A stretch of DNA of 64,000 bases from an uncultured Clostridia bacterium (GTDB taxonomy: Bacteria > Cyanobacteriota > Vampirovibrionia > Gastranaerophilales > Gastranaerophilaceae), in NCBI GenBank assembly GCA_945946765.1, contig CAMEWS010000003.1, positions 480 to 64,479 of the forward strand, given 5' to 3'. The notes below the pieces were generated by a model. It ran no database searches. It was not told where the DNA came from and saw nothing but the letters and a program-made list of their open reading frames with translations. Position 1 is the first letter of the stretch. Each line of letters starts with the position of its first letter. The position numbers and the translations under genes were made by a program. Shown here one piece after another: positions 55,887 through 64,000 of the stretch.

Positions 55887-58610
55887 ATGGACGTAAATTT
55901 TTCATCTAATAATGTTGAATATATTCCAAATCCTTCAAAAAAACTTCCTGAAACCAAACAGGAAGCAGTTTCTGAACAAACAAATATAGATGATGAATCC
56001 GTTATGACTCCTGATGGAGCAATTTTAAGAGCTTATGCAGGGATTTTAGAGCCCAAAAAAGTAATATCAACCGCAGATGTTATTAATTATCTGGAAGAAA
56101 TCAACCTCTCAAATAAACAATTGTACCCCCAAGTTATAGAAGCTGTAACAGAAAAAGACGGAAGTATATCTTTATTTGCATTTAACACATTAAAACAATT
56201 TTTACCCCAAATATACATATTAAGAACAATATCTTTATTAAACAATGTAAAAGAAAACGGCACTTTCAATAAACAAGCAATCAAACTTGCTGATTCTCTT
56301 ATACCAAAAGAAAAAACGCCTTTTGGTGCACAAATCAATATTGAAAAGATTTTAGAGCAATTTAAAGACAAAGACGGTAGTTTTAATAAAGATGCAATGA
56401 ATCTGTTCTTAAGACACAATGAAGAACTTGCACCGCTTTTAAAAATTCGTGCCGACATAGTTTTCAAAGCCTTAAAAAATAAAAACAATGAATTTTGCCA
56501 AAATGCAATAAAATACCTTCACAATAATATTATAGAAGGTCAAAAAACAGCAACGTTAATAAATAACCTGCTAACAGGCAAAGATGAAAACGGAAATTTC
56601 AATATAAATATATTAGAAATGGAACAATATTTAAAAGACGAATTTGAACCATATCAAATTCCTACCGTAAAAAACATTCTTGCCACATTTAAAGACGAAG
56701 AAAACAAAGAACGTAATGATTTTTTGGAATTTGCAAAAAGCCTCAAAGATGAACGTGATTTTAGTACCATAATTTCTTTTATAAAAGAAAACAAATCCGA
56801 TAACGACTCCAATTCCGACTTGGCTTATAATAAAGAATCTGCAGAATTTGTAAAAAAACTATTGCGTTCAACTTTGGATGATATTCAATTAGCATCACTG
56901 GTGTACAAAACGTTAAACATTCATTTAGGAGAATATACTGATGAATTACTTAGTAATATAAAAAGCTTTTGTTATCAAGTACCTGAAAACAGAGAAATGT
57001 TTTTAAATGCATCAAAAAACAAAACGGGTACCGAAAAAGGTAAATTAAATTTAGAAACGTTAGATAAATTTATTGATTTACGTCTTAAAACCCTTTATAT
57101 GGAAGAAGGTACGCTTCAAAATATAATATCATATTTGTCTTTGGAAGAAGATAACAAAGCATTGGATATCGTAAATAAACTTTATTCTCTAAAATTCCCC
57201 CACAAATATACAACCGAGAAATTAGAACCAAGTTTTATAAGTTTAGCTCTAAAAGTTCTTTGTGATTACGACACAAAAAACAACTGCCCCCGTCAAAAAT
57301 GTAATCCAACAGCATTAAACAAAATAGAAGAACTTTTGAATAATGAAGAATTGTGTAAATCCGAAAATGATTTCACGATTCAGTTACAAAGAATCATAAA
57401 CGATACAGTAAAAGAACAATATCTTAAAGACCAAAATATAGATATTTTGAGTGTTTCCGAAAACGACAATATCAATTCAATATTAAAAATCCAATCAGGA
57501 GAACGCCTTCACCCGACAACAACCCTCTATGACTTGTCAAAAGGTAAAATAACAACTGAAACAAAAGAAGTTAAAGACGGAAAATTCGTAACCTTAATTC
57601 AAAAAGATTTTACAAACAATACAACAACTGAAATGTTATATGAACATATTCCAGTCGGAGAGCCATTAACGCAAAAAACAAGTAAATATGATATAAACGG
57701 GAATTTATTGTTCACAGAAACAGTTGAAAATTCACCCATAAAAAACGTTTATAACGTTACCAAAAAATACGCTGACGGTACGGAAGAAAAAATTTGTAAT
57801 GCATACAAAACTCCCGAAGGAAATGACGTTATAGAAAAGCACATGACCTCTTTTGACGGAACAAAAACAGATTACCGTTACGAAGATGACATTTTGGGCA
57901 ACAGAATAATAGACTACAAAATTACTGACAAAAACGGTAAAGTCCTGATGAATCAAAACACCACTTTTGAAGTTATTGACGAAAACCACTTTGTATCCTC
58001 ACGTAATAACAAAAAATTTGATATAAAATTTAACGGCACCAATATTAACGTAACAAACATGCAAACAAACGAAACCGTTACAATAGAATTGGAAAGTTTT
58101 ACAAATATGACATACGAAAAACTTCTTCCGACACTAAAAAGTTTTCCGGGTGACGAACTTTTCAATATGAAAAAGCTTAATCTTACTTCAATGAGTGTAG
58201 ACGAAAGTGTTGACAACGCTTGTTTTAATTATGCTAAAAAAACAATAAAAACACGTGAAAGTTATATAGATTTATCCGTACTTTTGCATGAATGGGGTCA
58301 TGCCAAAGACGAAATGGAATTTAGCGAAATTAACGAAGCAATCAATAAAGACACAAAACTGCGCCAAATTTTTGAAGAAGAACGCACAGCATTACGAGAA
58401 AATCTTGGATATGCACAACAATCCTATGTAAGTTATTTTTGTGCAGATAAACACTATCTTGGCAAAGACAACTCAATTATTGAAGGTGTAGCAGAAACAA
58501 ATACACTGCTAAGCACATATCCAAAAAACGATACACAAAATATCCGTTCAATGTACTGGCAACAATATTTCCCACGCACAATCGCATATTTATCAGGACT
58601 GTTGAATTAA
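55887..58610 (+). CDS. large protein with a YD-like beta-repeat region and a C-terminal HExxH zincin-like module (paralogue of 15993..18113)
   Basis: HEWGHAKDE and downstream EGVAETN. The DGTKTDYRYEDDILGNRIIDYKITDKNGKVLM block and the C-terminal QQYFPRTIAYL align with the 706-aa paralogue. Confidence 0.55.
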   Translation: MDVNFSSNNVEYIPNPSKKLPETKQEAVSEQTNIDDESVMTPDGAILRAYAGILEPKKVISTADVINYLEEINLSNKQLYPQVIEAVTEKDGSISLFAFNTLKQFLPQIYILRTISLLNNVKENGTFNKQAIKLADSLIPKEKTPFGAQINIEKILEQFKDKDGSFNKDAMNLFLRHNEELAPLLKIRADIVFKALKNKNNEFCQNAIKYLHNNIIEGQKTATLINNLLTGKDENGNFNINILEMEQYLKDEFEPYQIPTVKNILATFKDEENKERNDFLEFAKSLKDERDFSTIISFIKENKSDNDSNSDLAYNKESAEFVKKLLRSTLDDIQLASLVYKTLNIHLGEYTDELLSNIKSFCYQVPENREMFLNASKNKTGTEKGKLNLETLDKFIDLRLKTLYMEEGTLQNIISYLSLEEDNKALDIVNKLYSLKFPHKYTTEKLEPSFISLALKVLCDYDTKNNCPRQKCNPTALNKIEELLNNEELCKSENDFTIQLQRIINDTVKEQYLKDQNIDILSVSENDNINSILKIQSGERLHPTTTLYDLSKGKITTETKEVKDGKFVTLIQKDFTNNTTTEMLYEHIPVGEPLTQKTSKYDINGNLLFTETVENSPIKNVYNVTKKYADGTEEKICNAYKTPEGNDVIEKHMTSFDGTKTDYRYEDDILGNRIIDYKITDKNGKVLMNQNTTFEVIDENHFVSSRNNKKFDIKFNGTNINVTNMQTNETVTIELESFTNMTYEKLLPTLKSFPGDELFNMKKLNLTSMSVDESVDNACFNYAKKTIKTRESYIDLSVLLHEWGHAKDEMEFSEINEAINKDTKLRQIFEEERTALRENLGYAQQSYVSYFCADKHYLGKDNSIIEGVAETNTLLSTYPKNDTQNIRSMYWQQYFPRTIAYLSGLLN

Positions 58611-58611
58611 T

Positions 58612-59550
58612 TTACAAAACCTGCTCAACAGCACAAATCATACTGCTTTCATCGGCAACACCCATGCCTGCAATATCATAAGCCGTACCGTGTGCAGGCG
58701 AAGTCCTGACAACCTTCAAACCCACCGTCATATTAACGGTTTTATCCATTGCAAGCATCTTAACGGGAATCAAGCCCTGATCGTGATAACATGCACAATA
58801 AACGTCATAAGGTTGTTTTTGCTTATTTAAATAACTCTTTGCAGCTTTTACAAAAAGCGTGTCCGAAGGCTGCGGATTAGAAACGTCAATACCGTCACAT
58901 CGCAGCTTTTTAACAGCAGGCAAAAACTCATCAATTTCTTCCATTCCGATTACACCGTTTTCACCTGCATGCGGATTTAACGAACACAATGCAATTTTTG
59001 GGTTAACAACGCCAAATTTTTCTTTTAATACTCTGTTTATACGCTCAAGTTTTTCTGTTAAAAATTCTTTAGTGATTTTTACATCTTTTAGCGCAACATG
59101 TCTTGTTAAAAGCAACACCCTAAAATCACTCGAAACAAAAAGCATTTCTGCTTTTTCACCTTTAGAATAATTAGCAAGATGTTTTTCTAATACTTCAGTT
59201 TGTCCCGAATAATCGTGCCCTGCCAAATGCAAAGCGTTTTTTGATACAGGAGCAGTAACAATAGCTGAAATTTCGCCATTATTTGCCATTTCACAAGCTT
59301 TTATCAGACACCTGTAAGAAAACTCTCCCGCCTCTTTTGTTTCTTCACCGTATTTTTGCCATGACTTTTCAAACGGAATTTCAATCACTTCATAGCTTTG
59401 ATTTAAACCGATAAATAATTCGGACGCCCCTATTAAAACAACCTTATCGGCAGGTAAATCCAGCTTATTTAAAGCCTTAACAATAATTTCAGGTCCTATT
59501 CCGTTAAAATCCCCGCAGGTTATAGCTATTCTTTTATTCATGATGTTCAA
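58612..59550 (-). CDS. PdxA-family 4-phospho-hydroxyacid dehydrogenase (PdxA2-like)
   Basis: IAITCGDFNGIGPEI, LNPHAGENG and TSPAHGTAYDIAG motifs. Overlaps an upstream DUF1537 kinase gene. Confidence 0.82.
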   Translation of the reverse strand: MNIMNKRIAITCGDFNGIGPEIIVKALNKLDLPADKVVLIGASELFIGLNQSYEVIEIPFEKSWQKYGEETKEAGEFSYRCLIKACEMANNGEISAIVTAPVSKNALHLAGHDYSGQTEVLEKHLANYSKGEKAEMLFVSSDFRVLLLTRHVALKDVKITKEFLTEKLERINRVLKEKFGVVNPKIALCSLNPHAGENGVIGMEEIDEFLPAVKKLRCDGIDVSNPQPSDTLFVKAAKSYLNKQKQPYDVYCACYHDQGLIPVKMLAMDKTVNMTVGLKVVRTSPAHGTAYDIAGMGVADESSMICAVEQVL

Positions 59551-60838
59551 AATATTTTATTATATCAATCAAGGTGTTAGAATTACCCAAATTGCCTGAC
59601 TTTGTAACAATCCACTGTGCCTTTGTGTCCAAACAAAGCGGTATAGCAGGACAAATTGCATCAATAATCTGCAAACTGTTGCTGTTAATAGCCTTGCAAC
59701 ACTTAAACGAGGTTTCCCCCCCGACCGTTATAAGTATGGCATCTCTGTTAACCAGCACTTTTTTTGTTAAAGTGGCAAGATAATCCCCGATTTTTGAAAT
59801 AAACTGTTGTTTTGAAATTTCATTGTCAAAAAGAATTTGAGAAATTATCTTAGAATCCACAGTCAAATTAGAAGTATGTACAACTACAACATTATCTTTA
59901 ACAAGGTTTTCAGATACTCTTGTTATAATGTCATCAGTCACACCTTCCAAAATATCTTCCATTTTTAAATTAATAAAATACGTATTTTCAATATCATCAT
60001 CATCTTGAAGTTTTTCAATTTGAGCGGAAGTGCATTTTGTTGCACTGCCCGATACAACGAGTTTTGGCATAGCAGGAATAGTTTTTTCCGCCTTGTGATT
60101 TTCCAGTTCAGGCAGCCATACATTACCCAAAACTTGAGCACAACCCGCAGAACCGCAAGGTAAAATTTTGTATGAACTTTTTTCCATTGCAAGTACAACC
60201 TGCTCAATATCCGTTACGGACATTGCATCCACAACAATAAGCTTAACGCCTTTTGCTATCATCTCATTCATTTTCTTAAGAATCGGACCTGCACCTTTAA
60301 TAACCGTCCTTAGCTCAATCAAATCAATAATTTCATCTTGTTGATTGTGTAATTCCGTTCTTAAAACAGTCGGAATATGAGATTCATAAATAGGAAATCT
60401 CGGGTCACGAGCGAACTCCGTTCTTTCAATAGGGATTCCTTTTAAAAGATGGTATCCGCCTATTGTGGTACGACCTTCCTGAGGAAAAGCAGGAATAATA
60501 ACGGCAGCATCCCATTCGAGAACCTCAAGCATTGCAAGAGCTTCAACAGCAATATTACCTCTGATTGTAGAATCCATTTTTTTGTAAAAATACTCAACTC
60601 CCAGCTCATCAACCAAAAATTTTGTAGCCATTTTTACACGCTCATAAGCCGTAGGAGCGTCACAATTTCTGGTTTCGGTAGGTATTGCCCAAACTTGTGT
60701 ATTCTTCTTGTTTTCGGGAACTGTGGAATCATCCAAAAGGATTTGAGTATTTGCACCTCTTAAATAAAACTGCAATGCCGTATCATCAGCACCCGTCAAA
60801 TCATCCGCTATAATCCCTATGTTATTAGATATAAACAT
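59534..60838 (-). CDS. four-carbon acid-sugar kinase (DUF1537 family)
   Basis: N-terminal IIADDLTGADDTALQF motif and a C-terminal nucleotide-binding half. 434 aa. Confidence 0.78.
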   Translation of the reverse strand: MFISNNIGIIADDLTGADDTALQFYLRGANTQILLDDSTVPENKKNTQVWAIPTETRNCDAPTAYERVKMATKFLVDELGVEYFYKKMDSTIRGNIAVEALAMLEVLEWDAAVIIPAFPQEGRTTIGGYHLLKGIPIERTEFARDPRFPIYESHIPTVLRTELHNQQDEIIDLIELRTVIKGAGPILKKMNEMIAKGVKLIVVDAMSVTDIEQVVLAMEKSSYKILPCGSAGCAQVLGNVWLPELENHKAEKTIPAMPKLVVSGSATKCTSAQIEKLQDDDDIENTYFINLKMEDILEGVTDDIITRVSENLVKDNVVVVHTSNLTVDSKIISQILFDNEISKQQFISKIGDYLATLTKKVLVNRDAILITVGGETSFKCCKAINSNSLQIIDAICPAIPLCLDTKAQWIVTKSGNLGNSNTLIDIIKYFEHHE

Positions 60839-60955
60839 TTTTTACCTTAATCTGTAATGACACTTTTGTCATGTTAATACTTTAGCAAAAATCTCTCACA
60901 ATTTTGAATAATGTTCTTATTTAATACAAAATAATCTTCTTTAAAGCACAGCTTA

Positions 60956-61288
60956 TTACTGTTGGTCAGCTCTGGAAGATGACAATAATCTCATATTTGT
61001 AGCTCTGACAAAAAATCTCTCTCTTTGAGTACCTGAAGCATCATTCCATTTGCTTGATGCCAATTTACCGTCTATGGCAACCAACTTGCCTTTTTTAACG
61101 TATTCCCCCGCTACTTCTGCCAATTTGTCCCACAACTCAACATTGAACCAATCTGTTACTTCTGCTTTTGTTTTAGAATCCCATCTGTTAACAGCGATAG
61201 AAAACGTGGTTTTACACTTTCCTGATTCAAAATATTTCATCTCAGGGTCTTGTCCTGCTCTGCCAACCAATACAACTGAATTTATCAT
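60956..61288 (-). CDS. ssb: single-stranded DNA-binding protein (short form)
   Basis: MINSVVLVGRAGQDPEMKYFESGKCKTTFSIAVNR OB-fold N-terminus. No long Gly/Pro tail or acidic tip. Confidence 0.85.
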   Translation of the reverse strand: MINSVVLVGRAGQDPEMKYFESGKCKTTFSIAVNRWDSKTKAEVTDWFNVELWDKLAEVAGEYVKKGKLVAIDGKLASSKWNDASGTQRERFFVRATNMRLLSSSRADQQ

Positions 61289-61470
61289 TTATGTTTCCTT
61301 AAATTACTAACAACTTACATGACATTATAGTTTAAAAAACATAAAAGATACTAAAATTTAAAATTAATTGTTAAGTTGATTTAAACTTATGTAACGATAA
61401 GGATATTATTTTACAAATATAATCTATGTTTATATTACACTTATAGTAGCAAAATCAAGGAAGAAAAACG

Positions 61471-61854
61471 ATGATTAGACCTATTAAATACAAACCAACA
61501 ATTTTTTCAATAACACAACGTGCTTGTAATACAATTAACAAAAGAAAAGATGAAGATGCTCCGTTTTTTGCTATTGAAATAATAAGAAATACCGCATTGT
61601 CAAATTATCAAAAGAAACAATCATTTTTTACACGTTTGACAAATAAATTGTATCCCCAAAGCCAACTTGAAGTAATTGTAGATTCAAAAGATAAACGAAA
61701 TCTTATTTTGACTACTCAAAGAAAAATAAATAAAAAAATCTTAAAAGGCAAAGAAGTCTTGATTAATATCGAAAAACTAATACTCATTAAAGGCGAAGCT
61801 CTAAGACTGATAACCGAATCTAAATTGGGAATGTTAAACGAAATTAAAAAATAA
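61471..61854 (+). CDS. hypothetical basic protein
   Basis: 127-aa Lys-rich ORF. No motif recognised. Confidence 0.4.
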   Translation: MIRPIKYKPTIFSITQRACNTINKRKDEDAPFFAIEIIRNTALSNYQKKQSFFTRLTNKLYPQSQLEVIVDSKDKRNLILTTQRKINKKILKGKEVLINIEKLILIKGEALRLITESKLGMLNEIKK

Positions 61855-61964
61855 AAATTATCTTTACTCGTGGTATGATATTTTTCGGGATAAAAAAAGA
61901 CTTCATGTTAAAACGACAAGGAGCTTTTTAACAACCATAATACTAAAATAACAGAGGGGGATAA

Positions 61965-62924
61965 ATGTTCGAAAAATTCAGAATTGGTGTTGATATCGGC
62001 GGAACAAACGTCAAAATTGCTCTTGTAAATAAAAAAGGCGAAATTTCATACCATAAAACTGTTCCGACAAGGGCAGAAATGGGATATGAGTACACTATAA
62101 GCAATATTACTCAATGCATAAAAGACCTTATGCAAGAAGCAAAAATAGACAAAACCGCTCTGGAAGGTATCGGCTTCGGTTTTCCCGGACAAATTGACTG
62201 CGACAACGGTATTGTAAGAATATTACCTAATATTCCCGGATGGGTCGATGTACCTATATCAGAAATCATGCAAAAAGAATTTAATGTTCCGGTTAAAGTT
62301 GATAATGACGTAAGATGTATGGCACTGGCAGAACTCAATTACGGTGCAGGCGCAGGCTGTAAAAACCTTATTTGTATAACGGTAGGTACAGGTATCGGCT
62401 CAGGATTGGTTGTTAACAGTAAACTCGTAAGAGGGGCAAGCAACGCCGCAGGTGAAATAGGTCACATAAAATTGCAAATGCATGACGGTCCTATTTGCGG
62501 CTGCGGAGATACAGGTTGTTTTGAAGCTTTTGCCTCAGGCCCGTCTATTGTTGCAATGGCAAAAGAATATATTGCAGGCGGAAAAGGGACAAAATACAGA
62601 GAGCTTGCCGGCTCAGTTGATGCAATTACTCCGGCTATTGTTTGTCAGGCAGCACAACAAGGTGATGTTGTTGCAAAAAAAATCTTTGAAAGAATGGGTG
62701 AATATCTTGGTATTGGACTTGCAAGCGTTGTAAACCTGCTAAACCCCGAAAAAATTGTTATCGGCGGTGGAGTTGCCGATGCAGGAGATATTCTTTTTGA
62801 CCCACTGATAAAAACATTAAAAGACAGAGCTATGCCAATACAAGGCTCAGCGGTTACTGTTGTACCTGCACAACTGGGTAATAAAGCAGGATTAATCGGC
62901 GCAAGCTTGTTAATAGATAATTAA
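61965..62924 (+). CDS. ROK-family glucokinase
   Basis: GVDIGGTNVKIALV ATP motif, the ROK signature, and the zinc motif CGCGDTGCFEAFASG. Confidence 0.85.
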   Translation: MFEKFRIGVDIGGTNVKIALVNKKGEISYHKTVPTRAEMGYEYTISNITQCIKDLMQEAKIDKTALEGIGFGFPGQIDCDNGIVRILPNIPGWVDVPISEIMQKEFNVPVKVDNDVRCMALAELNYGAGAGCKNLICITVGTGIGSGLVVNSKLVRGASNAAGEIGHIKLQMHDGPICGCGDTGCFEAFASGPSIVAMAKEYIAGGKGTKYRELAGSVDAITPAIVCQAAQQGDVVAKKIFERMGEYLGIGLASVVNLLNPEKIVIGGGVADAGDILFDPLIKTLKDRAMPIQGSAVTVVPAQLGNKAGLIGASLLIDN

Positions 62925-62940
62925 GACTGCTGTTCAATTC

Positions 62941-63158
62941 TGTCACACTGAACTTGATTGACAAAGGGAATCTATATTTTTGTCATTTAGAGGGAGTGTA
63001 ACGACCGAAGAATCTCAAAAATTTTGTGTAACCCTGAACTTGGTTCAGGGTCACCATGTCCTTGCGATTCCGCACTGCGGCTACGCCTTGTAAAGACAGG
63101 GTCACAGCCATCACCTTCGGTTCTGACGTTCCCTTTGTCAAACAAGTTCGAAATGACG
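62941..63158. repeat. MITE-like intergenic element, copy B
   Basis: TIRs TGTCACACTGAACTTGATTGACAAAGGG (62941-62968) versus the reverse complement of 63131-63158 match at 22/28. It has an internal hairpin, AACCCTGAACTTGGTTCAGGGT. The 88-bp core 63070-63157 is 85/88 identical to copy A. Confidence 0.7.
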
Positions 63159-63322
63159 ATATTTAATCATTAAACTTTACATTCATTAACATTGTGTTTA
63201 AAAAGCAAAAATTTTGGGCATAGTATTTATTAAGTATTGCAATTTTATTAGTAATGATTTATCATAGTGTTAATAATTTGGTAAAAATAAGGTTATTATA
63301 GAAAGAATGAGGTTTTTTAAAC

Positions 63323-63859
63323 ATGAAATTATCTAACAAAAAATCAGGGTTCACTCTTGCTGAAGTTTTAGTTACATTAATGATTATTGGTGTAATTGCA
63401 GCTATGACAATCCCTTCATTAATGCAATCAACAGCTCAACAAGAATACAAAGCTGCATTCAAAAAAGCTGTTTCAATGCTTAACCAAGCTGTTACTCTTA
63501 ACTATGCGTTGGACGGAGAAGACGGTTCTAGCTTTACAGGTACAAGCTTCTTCAACCTTTTAACAAAAAGATTAAATGTTATGTCATCAGTATCAGGTTC
63601 AAGAGAACTTTATACCGCTGACGGTATGTGGTTCAAAGCTACAGCTACAAATGCTAACGCTTGTAATGCTAATGCAGACAACCCGAATGCTACAAGCAAC
63701 AGATGTGGTACAGTAATTGTTGACGTAAACGGACAAAAAGGTCCTAACAAAATCACTACAGATACAAACAAAGTCTTTGATATTTTTACAGTATCTATTT
63801 ATCCTCAAAAGGCATTGCCTGAAGGCGCAACAATGAGTAAAGTATTGTACGCTAAATAA
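63323..63859 (+). CDS. type IV pilin (prepilin-type N-terminal cleavage/methylation domain)
   Basis: MKLSNKKSG/FTLAEVLVTLMIIGVIAAMTIP has the G-F cleavage site, Glu5 and a hydrophobic alpha1-N helix. Confidence 0.85.
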   Translation: MKLSNKKSGFTLAEVLVTLMIIGVIAAMTIPSLMQSTAQQEYKAAFKKAVSMLNQAVTLNYALDGEDGSSFTGTSFFNLLTKRLNVMSSVSGSRELYTADGMWFKATATNANACNANADNPNATSNRCGTVIVDVNGQKGPNKITTDTNKVFDIFTVSIYPQKALPEGATMSKVLYAK

Positions 63860-63884
63860 TAATTACTTAGTTTAATAAAAAAAA

Positions 63885-63914
63885 AGAGCTTCACGGTTGT
63901 GAGGCTCTTTTTTA
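63885..63914 (+). terminator. rho-independent terminator after the pilin gene
   Basis: AGAGCTTCAC-GGTT-GTGAGGCTCT followed by T6. Confidence 0.7.
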
Positions 63915-64000
63915 TTGGGTTTTTACAACACATCTTTGCGAGGCATGGAGCATTGCAAAATGCAAGGATTTAACACACGAAATAATTTGTTTGAGGCGGC

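Overview
AT-rich bacterial chromosome segment. Gene content is diderm: GT9 heptosyltransferase, a secretin, type IV pilus genes and flagellar rod genes. A cyanobacterial-looking EF-Tu, a GH57 enzyme and anaerobe-type oxidative-stress genes tentatively suggest a non-photosynthetic Melainabacteria/Vampirovibrionia-like gut organism; this is a guess from motifs only, with no search run. About three quarters of the window is ordinary core genome: dapA, miaB, ftsH, a Ski2-like helicase, tuf, tpiA, a CoADR/Nox-type oxidoreductase, flgB-flgC-fliE behind a two-component system, RNase P RNA, a GH57 hydrolase, pilQ-pilB-pilC plus a separate pilin, desulfoferrodoxin and ferritin, a pdxA-family/DUF1537 pair, ssb and a ROK glucokinase. 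The accessory part is a ~15.7 kb island (about 29.9-45.6 kb) inserted at the 3' end of tRNA-Ile(GAU). At its tRNA-proximal end it carries a small ORF, a P-loop helicase-like gene and two tandem large serine recombinases, an order resembling staphylococcal SCC cch-ccrAB. Its cargo is HigBA, a fused XRE-ImmA metallopeptidase with an unknown partner, a translationally coupled 57-aa ORF plus a 554-aa predicted papain-fold cysteine protease, a MerR regulator, a WG-repeat lipoprotein, and three zinc-ribbon membrane proteins (TM2, unknown TM, L7/L12-CTD + T4 Imm-like). The protease pair and the zinc-ribbon trio are my best candidates for undescribed systems. Other oddities are a MITE-like intergenic repeat family, GC-rich hairpin-cluster intergenic regions, tRNA fragment scars, and two large paralogous HExxH proteins. 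All functional calls rest on motif recognition by eye. No database search was possible.
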